Source: Hemiscyllium ocellatum
Taxonomy: Eukaryota
Length of the DNA stretch: 64,000 nucleotides
NCBI RefSeq assembly: GCF_020745735.1
Contig: NC_083416.1
Location: 47,827,131 to 47,891,130, forward strand
Direction: 5' to 3'
The notes under the pieces were generated by a model that ran no database searches, was not told where the DNA came from, and was given only the letters and a program-made list of their open reading frames with translations. Below are positions 25,300-37,945 of the stretch, in pieces. The position numbers and the translations under genes are program-made. Position 1 is the first letter of the stretch. The number at the start of each line of letters is the position of its first letter.

Positions 25300-27068
25300 A
25301 ATGGACAGAATTCAACAGAATTCACAACTCAATACTGAGCAATTGTGAAGTGTTAGGGCCATCAGCAGACCTCATAGCCCAGAACGTCTCCATTACCATC
25401 AAACCTGAGGATCAATTCTAGTTCAAGGAAGGATGCAAGAGGGTATGCCAACATCAGGCAGACACAAAAGTGAGGTGTCAAACTGGTGGATTACTTGCAA
25501 ACTAAGCTGTGGTAGCACCATGTAATAAGTACAACTAAGTGAACCCATAATTAACATACCAGATCTAAACTTTTCAGTCCTGCCACATCTAGTCATGACT
25601 GTTGATCGACAATTAAACAACTCACTGGAGGAGTAGTCTTCACAAATATCTCCATCCTCAAGAATGAAAGATCACAGGACATCAGTGCAAAAGACGAGGC
25701 TCATGCATTTGCAACAATCCTCATCTGGAAGTAATAAATAGATGATCCATCTTGGCCTGTTCTTGAGGTCCCCAGCATGACATGTGCTAGTCTACAGCAA
25801 ATTTGATTCACTCCACATGATGTCAAGAAATGGCTGAAAGAACTTGATACTGTAAAGTCTGTGGGCCATGACAACCTTCTGGCAATCGTACTGAGGATGT
25901 ATTTTCTAGCACTAGCAATGCTTCACGTCAAGTTGTTTCAGTGCAGTTACAATACTGACCCAGGTATGTCATATCCCAAAGAAGTAGGAAAAATCCAACC
26001 TAACCAATTACCATCTTATCCATTGATTCACCATTGATCATCAGCAAAGTGATGCAAGAGGCCAACAACAGTGCAGTCATGCAGTACTATGAAGTGCTAA
26101 CCTGCTCACCTGAGCTTACTTTGTGTTTTGCCAGGACCATTCAACACCTGATCTCATTACAATCTTGGTACAACATGGGCAAAAGCACTGAACTCCAGAG
26201 ATGAACTCCACACATCAAGGCTGTGTTTGACTAACTGGGTCTTCAAGGAATCATAGCAAAACTGGAGACTATGTGAATTGGGAGATGGGGTGAAATTCTG
26301 TTAGTTGGGATCATACCTTGTACAAAGGAAGATGGCTATGGTCGTTGGAAGTCACTGTGTTCCTCAGGGTTGTGCCCTAATTTCTCTCATCTTCAGCTAC
26401 ATCGTTCATAAGGTTATCACATCTTCAGCTGCGTCCTCTAAAATGTCAGAGATGAGGGTGTTCACTGTTGATTACAAATGACGAACATTTTGCAATGCTT
26501 CAGATACTGAAGCTGTTCAAGTCTATATGAAGCAAGACCTGGACAGCATCCAGGCTTGATCTTGAAGTGCCAAGAAACATTTACGCCACCACATGCAATG
26601 CAAAGATTATCTCCAGCAAGTGAACTTTGCCTCTTGACCTTCATTGACATTGTCATCGTTGAATTGTCTACTATCAATATCCTGGTGTCACTGTTGAATT
26701 GAAACTGGATTGGACTAGCTGTATAAATGGCCGAAAGAGGTAAGTCAGATGCTAGGAATTCTCAGCAAATAAATCGTCCTGCCTCCACAGTGCCTGACCA
26801 TCTACAAGGCACCTGTCAAGAGCGTGATAGAATATTCAACATTTGCTTAGATTGTTGCAACTTCAACAACACTTGAACTTGACTCATCCAGCCCACTTGA
26901 TGGAACCCTGTCTGCTACTTTGAATATTCAGTCCCCACAGCAATATGTAGCATCCACAGAATGCACTGCAGCAACTTATAAATAAGCCTTTGATAGCATC
27001 TTCCAAGCCCACAAGCTCTACTAGTTAGAAAGATAAGGGTGGCAGATGCATGGGAATAGCACCACCTG
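25300..27068 (+). mobile_element. Decayed L2/CR1-group LINE fragment
   Basis: Same family as 16453-17526 (atcaaggctgtgtttgac, cctcagggttgtgcccta, catctacaaggcac). Confidence 0.75.
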
Positions 27069-27109
27069 AAGTATGACACAGAGTCCAACTGCTGGTTTTA
27101 TATCATAGC

Positions 27110-27249
27110 ACTCTGCTCCCACTGCCTAATGAACACATGTCTGAAGGGTTTTCTAGCCCCTTGCAGATATGCAACTTCTCTCCTCGTTTGTATTTCCCTC
27201 TCCAGCCCTCCAAAGCAGCATGGAAAACTTTGTAACTATGTCATGCCAT
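27110..27249 (-). mobile_element. Myb/SANT-like DNA-binding ORF remnant, Harbinger-type DNA transposon
   Basis: Frameshift-corrected MA..KFS.AALE.LEREIQTRREVAYLQGARKPFRHVFIRQWEQ resembles the N-terminus of the Harbinger Myb-like accessory protein. Confidence 0.5.
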
Positions 27250-28534
27250 TTTGTCTTTCCAGTTGACAAGTTACTATTGGTGCCTGCTCCAGCCACGATA
27301 TGCCTCCCCTTTAAGAGGTGTAGCAGGATTTAATGGGGCTGACCACCAACTATGATATTGCTCCTTGCTCAGACCAGCAAAACAACACAGAAATAATTTA
27401 TAAAGGAGCAGCAGAAACTTGGCTCAGTGCCTGCATTTCAGTCACTGGATAATCGTGCTCTGCAACCCCTATCTTAGGTTTGCAAGGTGATCAATTTTCC
27501 AGTTTGTCTTCCAAAGAATATATGTTTTTCAACGCCTTCTGATATAAAATATTACATTCTATTTTAGTTTTCCTTCCTAATGACTAAACATTTTGAGAAA
27601 AATAAATTTAAAGATTGTAATTTTGCCAATTTTTTTTTTGTTGGCACTCCTGTTCAAAAGGTTTTCAAAGAAGCATTTAAATTCAGTTCCTGAAAAATAT
27701 GTGAAATTGCTTTGCCATGGAGCATATGTGAGATAGTTTGTTACTTAAACTAATATTTGTAACTTGGATAGTTCTCAGGAAAGCGACCTTAGAGAAAGAA
27801 AAATCAAACTGATCAAAATTCCTGATGGAATTTAAACTGCAAGGCATGACTTGCAGTTAAGCACCTCCATGCAGTTTTGTTCCGCATCTCACTCTTCTGG
27901 TGTGCCCTTGTTTCTAAAAGTTTAGTTCCCAGTGGGTGCCAATGAAATATTTTATATCTTATTTATATGTCCTGTTTTCTTCAAGTCTGCATTCCATGTT
28001 ATATCAAAAATATGGATTAGAAATGATATCAAGCTACCCGTCTTCCTTTGGTACTATGAAATATATTGAATAGGTTTGAACATTTTACGGGAAAGGTGAT
28101 ATAATTACGCATAAATTAGTCAAGTTGTGTAGTTTGCTACACGGAGGTGAATTTCTACTGTTTAATAATTAGGAAACCATTTCTTGAATCTAGCTGGTCT
28201 GATGCGAGTTCCGTGATACTGTAGGTCAATGTTAATGGTACTGAATTCTCTGTAATACATGACTTTACACACACTACATGATGCAATTAACATTCTTTGG
28301 ATTTTGCTTAAACCCTTGCATGCTACTAATAACTTTTGGCTTTTACTTGAAATCAATTTTTAAAGCTTTATTCAAACCAAATGAATATTATGTTAACAGC
28401 CTTGTGAATTGGTCTAAGTAGATTTAATACAACACCAGTCAATGGCATTTAAGATATTTTCCTATTCAACCTGATCTGGAGCATGTGGGATTTGCACCCT
28501 GGCTTCCAGGTTCAGTTTGGGATGCACTACAGGA

Positions 28535-28629
28535 AGCTGAAAATGTGTTGCTGGAAAAGCGCAGCAGGTCAGGCAGCATCCAAGGAACAGGAAATTCGAC
28601 GTTTCGGGCATAAGCCCTTCATCAGGAAC
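28535..28629 (-). mobile_element. Solo Neptune PLE terminal repeat with intact hammerhead (28594-28629)
   Basis: Minus strand guuc-CUGAUGA-a-gggc-uuau-gccc-GAAA-cg-uc/gaau...acacattttcagct. Confidence 0.9.
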
Positions 28630-29593
28630 CCCAACAGTGGCATTTAATACTTACCATTATTAAGGATTGCCCACACTCTGCAGGACTCTGATTAGGTCAG
28701 CTTTGAATGCAGGTCATTCTGCTAGAATGTGCATTTTGTTAACGTGCATCCACTGTGACATGATTGATAAATTGGGGATACTGTTTCTAAAGCTTGAACT
28801 TTTCAAATGTTTGTTGGCTGTAATGCAATTACATAGCCAACACTTTAAGCAATGTTTCTAAAGCATGATTTTTCTATAATGAGAGGTTGCACAAGAATGC
28901 AACCATTGCGTTATAGAAGAACTACCTATACACCTATTTTCAGTTTAGGCACAGATCGGGGAAGTGATGAAATTGACAGTGTGAAGATCCTCCATATTTA
29001 ATCTTTTTTGAACTTAAGTTTTGAAATTTTGTGAAAAAATAGATTCATTTCAGGTTTTGTGAAATTACCTGTTGTGGTTTCTTTTAAGAGATTGGTAAAC
29101 GGTATCTGTGGAACTTGAGATATTTTTACCGAGGTTTTCTAGAAATCACAACTGGTGATAGCTGCTTAGTGTTGCAGACTTCTCCTCTTAACTAAATAGA
29201 GAGTACTTTGGTATCTGGGAAAAACTGTAGGGAATCTAATCTAATCTAATCAGTGACAACATAAGAATTTTCTATGCCTTATCCTTTTTATCTTCAAAAA
29301 TATTTCTAATGACTAGAAAGATGTTTTGCTTTGACATGAAACTCTGCAGAGATATTCTTTTTTCCTAAAGAGTGTTTGTATCTGTACTTTGGTGTTATTT
29401 TAGAGGGATAAACCTTTACCCTTTCATTTTGCAGATTGTTAACCAGTTATTGTATCTTCATTTAATAAGATTTGTTTTGTTAATGAACCAGTAATTGCAT
29501 TCAGTAAAGAAAACTGGATCTTGTTATTTAAAACTTATTTATAGGTAAGGTACTTAATTGGTTAACTTTGTAACTGGGTAAAATGTTTTTGAG

Positions 29594-29682
29594 CTGAAAA
29601 TGTGTTGCTGGTTAAAGCACAGCAGGTCAGGCAGCATCCATGGAACAGGAAATTCGACGTTTCGGGCACAAGCCCTTCATCA
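29594..29682 (-). mobile_element. Solo Neptune PLE terminal repeat truncated inside the hammerhead core, 11-bp TSD
   Basis: TSD atgtttttgag at 29583-29593 and 29685-29695. Confidence 0.9.
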
Positions 29683-29719
29683 ATATGTTTTTGAGTATTG
29701 CTGGAAATAAACATGCATT

Positions 29720-30335
29720 ATAGGTACTTTTTGCCTTGCACTCATTAGGACAATTCATAAAAGTACCAATTTGAGGGGAAAACCAACATTTATTAAGTGT
29801 GAGAGGAGAGTACTAATAGGTTAATAAGTGGTTTCCATTTGGTAAAGGTGTTCTCCTGGAGAATGCATTCATAAATGGTGAGTGACCATTAAATGTTAGG
29901 CTTTCTATAAGTTTTAAGATGGATAAATTGATTCTGATTGTTGACCTGAGAAATGAAACAGTGAATTCAGTCATTTATTTTGTTGAGTTGAAAGAAAAAC
30001 AGTATGTCTATATGTGTTCTTTCTGTTAGTACATAGGGACAGATGTGGAAATGTGGAGCTTCCAGTACCTGCCAAGCACATGCGAGAACTTACACAGCAA
30101 ACCCAATTGCCAATCTTAAATTCGTTGTCAGTGTAATTCTTCACACCTTAAGGACAATCAAATAAATTAAATAAAGCCTGGCAGTTAATTGCAGATCGTA
30201 AGTAATGGTGCATTCTCAATGGTAGCACGTCTACAAATCAGTATTTACCTCTCGTGTCATAAATGTTAGTTTCACAATTGAATTGATATTCTTGCGAATT
30301 GCTCTGCGTGCAGGACAAAAAGCTTTGACAAATTT
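29720..30335 (-). mobile_element. Old PLE (family C) with inverted degenerate hammerhead-like ends
   Basis: Minus-strand gtcctaatgagtgcaaggcaaaaag at the left, gctctgcgtgcaggacaaaaagctttgac at the right; internal NYTDNEFKI..QVLEA..QKEH resembles a GIY-YIG C-terminus; related copy at about 59030-59115 (cctgatgaatgcatgatgaaaagctttgac). Confidence 0.55.
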
Positions 30336-30954
30336 AACTTCTCAGTAATACTAGAGTTCTGTACTACGAAAAGGCTAAACAGAATAAAAATATATATTGT
30401 GACTTATTGAATAGTGGGACTACAGCAAGAATGCATATCTCCTGTGTCATTCATAACAGTGGCAAGGATATGGATTTTGGTATGGACTGAGCATCATTTC
30501 TGCAATGTTTTTTAACTGGAAGAGATTATGGATCATCTATAATTGATGTGGGACAAATACAAAGCAACAAAAATGTTGTGGAGGGATGAAGAGAGTTAGT
30601 GGAAAAGTAGAAGTGAAGTCCCATGACTGCAGATATTGTCTATACTTTATGTGAGGGAAAGAAAAGTCCAGTGGTGCATTCTTGGGAAACTCGGGGTAAT
30701 AGTACAGGGTAGGCAAAGGAGCAGTTGATGAAGATGTTCTGTGTTTGATAGGTAGTGTAAGTGGAAGCAAGTGAAGATAATCTCACTGAACTTGCCTCTC
30801 ACTAATATTGCAACGCATCAGGATTCTAGTTTAATTGTTTTCCCACCTAAAATCTTTATCTTGATTACACACTTTGTCTTGACTCATGTGTGATGATCCA
30901 TTAGTAAAATAGTAAACATCTTTCATCTGTCCGCTTTTCCTATCAGCATTTTTG

Positions 30955-32225
30955 TATTCTCTTGTGGGACATGGGGGGCACTTGCTGTCCAGCATTATTG
31001 CCCATCCCTAGTTGCCCTTGAGAAGGTGATTGTGAGCTTCCTTGTGAACTGCTGCAGTCCATGTACTGTAGGTAGACCCACAATGCCCTTCGGGAGGGAA
31101 TTTCAGAATTGAGACTGAAGCAGTGCAATATTTTCCGAGTCCGGATGGAGTTTAGCTTGTAGAGGAACTCCTGGGTGATGATGTTCCCATGTATCTGTTG
31201 TCCTTGTCTTTCTAAGTGGAAGTGACTCTGTTTGGAAGATGCTATCCAAAGATTTGGTGAATTTCTGCAGAGCATCTTCTGGATAGTTGTCTTAGTAGTA
31301 TAGGTAGGTAGCAGAGACTGTAGATCCTTGTGAACTCAGTGCTAATCAAATATACTGCTTTGTCCTGAATGCTCAAAGGTGTGTTCCGTGTTATTGGATC
31401 TCTCATCTAGGCAAGAGGGGAGTATTCTATCTCCCTTCTGATTTGTAGATCATTGGTAGACTTCAGGGAGTCAGCCAGTAAGTAACTCACTGCAGTATTC
31501 CACGCCTCAAATGTGCTCTTGTAGCCACTATACTTATGACAAGCCTGGTTCAGTTTCTTCTGATCAGTCCCCACGATGTTGATTGTCCAGAGTTCAGTGA
31601 TTGATTGTAACACCATTGAATGTCAAGAGACAATGGTTGTCCGTCTTTTATTGGAGATGGCCATAGCTTGGCATTTGTGTGGCGCGAATGTTATTTGTTG
31701 CTTGTCATCCCAAACCTGGACGTTTTCCAGGTCGTCTTGTATTTGAATATGAACTGCTTTTGGCTCTCAGGAGTCATGAATAGTGCTGAACGTTGTGTAA
31801 TCATCAGCGAACATTCACCGCTTCTGATCTTATGCTGGAGTGAGGGTTATTGAAACAACTGAAGATGATTGAGCCTAGGACACTACCCATTGATTCCACT
31901 TTAGCTAGGACTCTTTGACGCCATACTCAGTCAAATGTGAACTTAATGTCAGGTGCTGTCATGCTCACCTCAGCTCTGGAATTGAGTTCTTTTGTCCATG
32001 TTTGAATCAAGTCTATAATGAGCTCAGGAGCTGAGTGGCTTCGGCAGTACCCAAGCTAGGTATCACTGAGCAGGTTATTGTTAAGCACGTGTTGCTTGAT
32101 AGTATTGTTATTGACAGCATGTGGAAAGTTTTCACATTGCTGCCAGTGTTATAGCTGTACTGGAACAGCTTCTCAAGTGGTGTGACAAATTCTGGAATGC
32201 AGGTCTTCACTACAATGCTGGAATG
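30955..32225 (-). mobile_element. L2/CR1-group LINE 3' fragment
   Basis: Homologous to the 10236-11390 and 12557-12770 segments. Confidence 0.75.
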
Positions 32226-32234
32226 TCAATTATA

Positions 32235-33375
32235 AAGAATGTAATAGCAGAGTGTTTAGAAATACGTAATATGATCAAGCAGATCAGCATGGTGCCATGA
32301 AGGGGAAATCATACCTGAAAAATTTACTAGAGTTCTTTGAGGAGGTAACAAGTAGGATAGATAAAAGGGAAGCTGTGGAATGTATTATGTTTGGATTTTC
32401 AAAAGGCATTTGATATGATACCACATGTTAGGCTGTTTAATAAGGTGTTGGTGGTAGCATGGGTAGAGAACAGAGTTGGGATAAGGGGCCCATCTTTAGG
32501 ATGGCAGGCTGTAACTTAGAGGAAAGTGAATGTACTGTAGTCAAGTTTGTGGGTGACACAAAATTAGGTGGGAAAGCAAATGGTGAGGATGACTGAATCC
32601 GCAGAGGAATATGACTGATCAAGCAAATGGGCAAAAACTTCGTAGAAGGATTACAATGTGGGAAAATATGAAGTTATGTACCTTGGCAGGAAGAATAGAG
32701 GAGCTGAATATTATTTAAATGGAGAAAGGCTTCAAAAAGCGACAGCACAGATAGACTGCATGAATCACTAAAAGCTAGCAGCCAAGTTTAGTAGGTAATG
32801 ACTTTATTTCAGAGGGAATAGAATGTAAAAGTAGGGAGATTTTGCTAAAACTAAATATGACACTAGTCAGCTGATAGGTGAAAGACTATGAACAGCTTTG
32901 AGAACATTCAGTTGACAGATACATGAAAGAACTGTCTTCTGGGAAGAGATGGAGTAGGACGAGCCTGAACTTATTAAAATTTAGAAGAATGAGAGCTGAG
33001 CTTATTGAAGCATAGAAAATAATTTGGGGGGGGGGGGGTGGGGGAGGAGGTGGTTTAACAGGGTAGATGTGGTGAAGTTGGTTCTAGCAACAGAAGACAT
33101 GATCTCAGAATAAAGGGTCGCACATTTAAGACCAAGATTTCTACTGAGGGTGGTGAATCTGGAATTGTTTCAACTGCGGAGGGCTATCAAATCTGGGTGG
33201 TTAAGTTGACTAATAGCTGAGATGGATAGATTTTTAATCTGGAAGGGAATCCAGGGTTATGGGCAAAAACTGGGAAATTGGGGCTGGTGGTTATCAGATT
33301 AGCAATGATCTCAGGATGGCAGAGCAGACTTGATACGCTGAATGGCCTAATTCTATCTCTATGGTCTTGTGATCC
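32235..33375 (+). mobile_element. CR1 LINE 3' fragment
   Basis: LDFQKAFD, KFVGDTKLGG, CR1 3' end gctgaatggcctaattct; poly-G run at 33025-33038. Confidence 0.85.
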
Positions 33376-33669
33376 ATAATAGGTCTGACTGATTTTAAGG
33401 AATTTCAATAATCTGAGAGTTGTCGTTGGTGTTAGTGAAATATAGCATGGTGCTGCCAGATTTCTGTCAGTGGATTAGATAGATGCTATACCAATTTTCT
33501 CCCCCATTGTCAGGGTGTGTGCAGATAATGTTCATTTGGTTTGTATATGCGAGTGAAATCCATCAACTTTTACTGGGTTTTGGATGAACCAGTGGCAGAT
33601 AAATGTCCATGGTTATGCTGTAATATGTCACAGAACGTTTTCTTAGTCATTGGCTTTTCACTGGCAACA

Positions 33670-34928
33670 TTCATTGCACAATTAAACAATCAATGGAGGG
33701 GGATGCTCCACAAATAACCCCATGCTTAATGATGAACGAGCTCTGCAAATTTGTCAAGCCTGGAGTATTTACAAGCATCATTCTGTGCTTCCTCTTGATA
33801 TCCTCATTAGCTCTGATAACAGAGTGTTTAGTCAATTCTATTCACTCCATGTTATCAAGATTTGGCTTAAGGCACTGGATACTGTGGCAGTAGTACAGAG
33901 GTCTTGTGCTACCAAACTAGTTGTGCCTGTAGCTAAGCTACAAAACTGACACTGCCTGACAATGTGGAAAATTATCCAGGTATATCCCAACCTCAAAAAG
34001 CAAGAGGAATCCAGTCTAGCCAAGTACCACTCGATCAGTCTACTGTCAATCCTCAGCAAACTAATGGATGTTGCCACAGTACATAACTTATTCAGGAAAT
34101 ACCTGTTCACTGATGCTCAGTTTGATGTATCTACCCAGGCTCACTCTGCTCTGATCTCAATACAACTCCATTCCAAATACGGACAGAAGAGCTGAACTTG
34201 AGGGGAAATAACAGTGACTGCCCTTGACATCACGGTAGCATTTGATTAAGTGTGGAAGAAGTAACTTTGTCTCAACTAGGTTCAGTTTGATTTGGGAAAA
34301 CTCTCTGTTGGTTGGCAACATATGTAGGAAGATAGTTATCATTATTGGAGGTAAACTATCTCAGCCAGAGGACTGCAGTAGTGCCTCCATGTAGTGTTCT
34401 CAGCCCAACCATCTTCAGCTGCTTCTTCAATGATCTTCCCTCTATCATAATTTCAGAAGTGGGATATTTACTGATGTTTTCACAATGGTCAACATTAATT
34501 CCAACTCCTCGGATATAAACTGAGTACCAGAGTAAGTTAAGTGTTTGAAATTCTGTAGCAAATAACTTGCCCTCTACAAGATATACTGCAGTGAACTTGT
34601 CGAAGTTCCTTTGCCAGCACCTTCCAAACCTGCAACCTCTACCATTATGGAAGGACAAGAGCAGCAGATGCATGGGAATGCCACCAGTTACTTGTTCCCT
34701 TCCAAGCCACTCCCTATCTTGAATTTCAAAGTGTATTGCTGTTCCTTCACTGTCACTGGATCACAGTCTTGAAGCTCTCTTCCTAACAGCACTGTGGGTG
34801 TACATATACTACATAAAGTCCAGTGGTTCATGAAGGCAGCTCACCATAACCTTATTGGGGTCAATTCGAAATGGGTAGTAAATGCTGGCCCAACCAGTGA
34901 CTTCAACATCCCATGAATGAATGAAATA
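33670..34928 (+). mobile_element. L2/CR1-group LINE fragment with 3' end
   Basis: MWKIIQVYP..YHSISLLSILSK; cccaaccatcttcagctgcttcttcaatga; 3' end cccatgaatgaatgaaat. Confidence 0.8.
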
Positions 34929-35072
34929 AATCTCTTCTCCATTTATGGAGATGCAAAATATAATAATGTACAAATGATGGCAATATACCATTTGACACAT
35001 TTTGCATTATTTATGCTATAGTTGCACTTGAAGTAAGGGGTATCTGTTTTCAGTTGTGCAATGCTATAGTCA

Positions 35073-35293
35073 GGGAGGAGAAAGTGAGGTCTGCAGATGC
35101 TGGAGATCAGAGCTGAAAATGTGTTGCTGAAAAAGCGCAGCAGGTCAGGCAGCATCCAAGGAACAGGAGATTCGACGTTTCGGGCACAAGCCCGAATTGA
35201 TTCCTGCTGAAGGGCTTGTGCCCAAAACGTTGAATCTCCTGTTCCTTGGATGCTGCCTGACCTGCTGAGCTTTTCCAGCAACACATTTTCAGC
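35073..35293. mobile_element. Palindromic Neptune PLE mini-element, 15-bp TSD
   Basis: TSD gcaatgctatagtca (35058-35072, 35292-35306); 82-bp arms 35112-35193/35212-35293 with 4 mismatches; 39-nt tail on the left only. Confidence 0.93.
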
Positions 35294-36386
35294 AATGCTA
35301 TAGTCATGCAAGCACAATATATAATTGGAATTGTGGATACTGGTGACAGTTCACTGAATTTGATATGAGGGACTTGCATTAGCCACTCTTTTCTCCCAGT
35401 ACAGACATGCTTGGTGAGAGAGGCTGAAACTCCTGCCAAATTTATGTATTTGACCTAGAAATCAGAATATTGATCTGTTGATATGAGATGCAAATTTTTG
35501 GTAGGCAGAGGATGTGCCTCAATTCTGCTAAGATGAAAAATCTAGGCCACATTTTGCAACAACTCAGAATAAATTCATATCTAAATTGTAAATAATAATA
35601 AACATTTTCAATTATTTTCCATTTTAATTTGTGTGACTTTTTTTAGTGTGTTTCTTCTTGAAATGTTAATATAAATTTTGCAGCAAATCTTATGTGTTTG
35701 TTGTTAGATCATTTGAACTGGACTATTTTTTCTTAATTTCTAAAGTGCCCTTCAAGGCAAGTGTTCCTTCACATACATCTAGCTCATTGTTGTGCCTTTG
35801 GGTTTCACCGTCCACTGCGTTTATTAGATTACTTGTAAACTAAAATTAGCTCAGTCCCCAAAGCTCTAGTCTCAACAAAAGATTTTCTTTCTAGAGAAAA
35901 ATGAAGTAAATCATGTCCACCTAGTCGTCTTTCTCCTTATACAAATGTAAGCAAAGCCTAAGAAAATTGCATTCCTAAGATTTGTATTCCCCTGATTATG
36001 TCGCCAGCAAAGTCCACAACTTAATTTCAATCACAGAAAGTTGGCTGAAGCAGTGCAGAGATTTTGTAGGTGGACTATGACATTTTACAAGTGAAAAACT
36101 CTAGTTATTGTTTCAAATATGGTATTTTCTTGTGCTAAATTAAAGCCTGCCTAAGTGAAATGAGAATGGGTAAAAAACCTGATGAGATTATGTCATGAGT
36201 ATAGAAATGCGATTACTATTTCCATGTCTGTCCGTTCTAAATCTGAGTGCATCCTGTGTATAGCTCAGATTGCAGAAATATGTTCATTTAAGCTGGCTGT
36301 CTTAATAACTTTTCGAATGAGTTGTATAGTAAGCTTTGGTAAAGCCCACATTTGGACTGTTTTTTAAAACCTGTATGTTCTATTTA

Positions 36387-36653
36387 ATTCATTCACAAGA
36401 TGAGGGTATAGCTGGCTAGGGCAGCAATTATTGCCCATCTCTAATTGCCCAATCACATTGCTGTGGTTCTGGAGTCACGTGTAAGCCAGACATTAGTGAA
36501 CCAAATAGTTTTTCCAACAATTGGCAATGGATTCATGCTCAACATTTAGACTCTTAATTCCAGATTTTTATTGAATTCAAATTGCACCACAGGACATTAC
36601 CTAGGCCTCTGGATTAATAGTCTTGTGATACTACCACAAGGCCATTGCCCTCC
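36387..36653 (-). mobile_element. SINE-like element: tRNA-like head fused to the L2/CR1-group LINE 3' end
   Basis: Minus strand ggagggcaatggccttgtggtagtatc... head; ends gggcaattagagatgggcaataattgctg...gtgaatgaat like the LINE ends at about 17470-17526 and 34860-34928. Confidence 0.75.
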
Positions 36654-37395
36654 AATAATTTACATGATTTGCTTAAAGATCTACACAGTTTGTTTGACTT
36701 GAGGCAATGTTTTGCTAGAATTCAACTTTTAGAGCTTAAATACTTATATCCATTCGCGTATTCTTTGTATGGCTTATATCTTTATGACAATCAACATGGT
36801 CCCTTGAGTACTAGGATATGTAATTTTTTCATCCTTTCTTAATCAAGTGGCTGATTCTGCTGTTAATCAGCAGGTTACCATCTCTCTCGTATCTTGCACA
36901 CATCAATTTAAAAAAATGTGAGAAAAATATTTCTTAAATTCATTTTAATATATCATTATTTCTTTCACTTGTATACAAAAATGCAGCAATATCTTTTTTT
37001 TTCTTCTTTCGTAAAAATACCTTTTCTGGGGCTTTTCTTGAATTCTTGAATTGAACTTGAGTGCATTATGAGCAATGAAAAGTCCAGACAAACCTTTTTT
37101 TAAGTACATTGTACCAACAAACTGCACAATGACTTAAGAATATGTGTACATTTATGTAAAACAGCAAGAAATTTTCAAAAAAGCTCTTTGCTTAGAGTAC
37201 TGTAGCCATGTCACCACTAATAACAATGAGCACTCCTGAAGCATTTCAGAGGCTATATCTTGTCAATAATGGCAGAAAACATGGTGCTTATTTAACTAGA
37301 ATGAGAATTTTTGAAGTTTCAAAGAAATTAACCAAATCTGTTGTTTCTACAAGCTTACTTTTATGTTCATCTTTCCTGTTCTTTTTCCTGAACAG

Positions 37396-37505
37396 AGCAA
37401 CATTTTCCTGATGTTATGCTAGGTGAAGAATTTCTTAGTCTGAATCTGGATCAAGTATGCAGTTTGATATCAAGTGATAAGCTCACAGTAGCTTCAGAAG
37501 AAAAG
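37396..37505 (+). CDS. KLHL3: KLHL3 coding exon (human exon 6 equivalent), BACK domain
   Basis: ctttttcctgaacag|AG CAA CAT ... GAA AAG|gtatgt; 110 nt; (E)QHFPDVMLGEEFLSLNLDQVCSLISSDKLTVASEEK; not in the ORF track, found by reading. Confidence 0.96.
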
Positions 37506-37643
37506 GTATGTTTTTAATTTATTGGATGAAGGCTTAAATCTAAATGTTGTAACTAACTCTGTGAAGTTTTCTTTTTCAAAAGTGGTAAAACTTTCCAAGC
37601 TTTGAGCAGCAAGGATTGCACAAAATTTCACATTCTCTGACAT

Positions 37644-37945
37644 TTAGATTAGATTAGATTCCCTATAGTATGGAAACAGGCCCTTTGGCCCAACAAGTCC
37701 ACGTCGACCCTCCGAAGAGTAACCCACCCAGACCCATTTCCCTCTGACTAATGCACCTAACATTGTGGGCAAATTTAGCATGGCCAATTCACCTGACGTG
37801 CACATCTTTGGATTGTGGGAGGAAACCCATGCAGATACTGGGAGAATGTGCAAACTCCACACAGACAGACACCCGTGGCTGAAATCAAACCTGGGTCCCT
37901 GGCACTGAGGCAGCAGTGCTAACCACTGAGCCACCGTGTCGTCCC
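37644..37945 (-). mobile_element. HE1-like tRNA-derived V-SINE
   Basis: acacggtggctcagtggttagcactgctgcctc head, V-domain, (TCTAA)n tail; begins about 140 bp downstream of exon 6. Confidence 0.9.

Noticed and set aside
24446-37945. tRNA genes at SINE heads
   Set aside because: The A/B boxes belong to SINEs; there is no complete cloverleaf.
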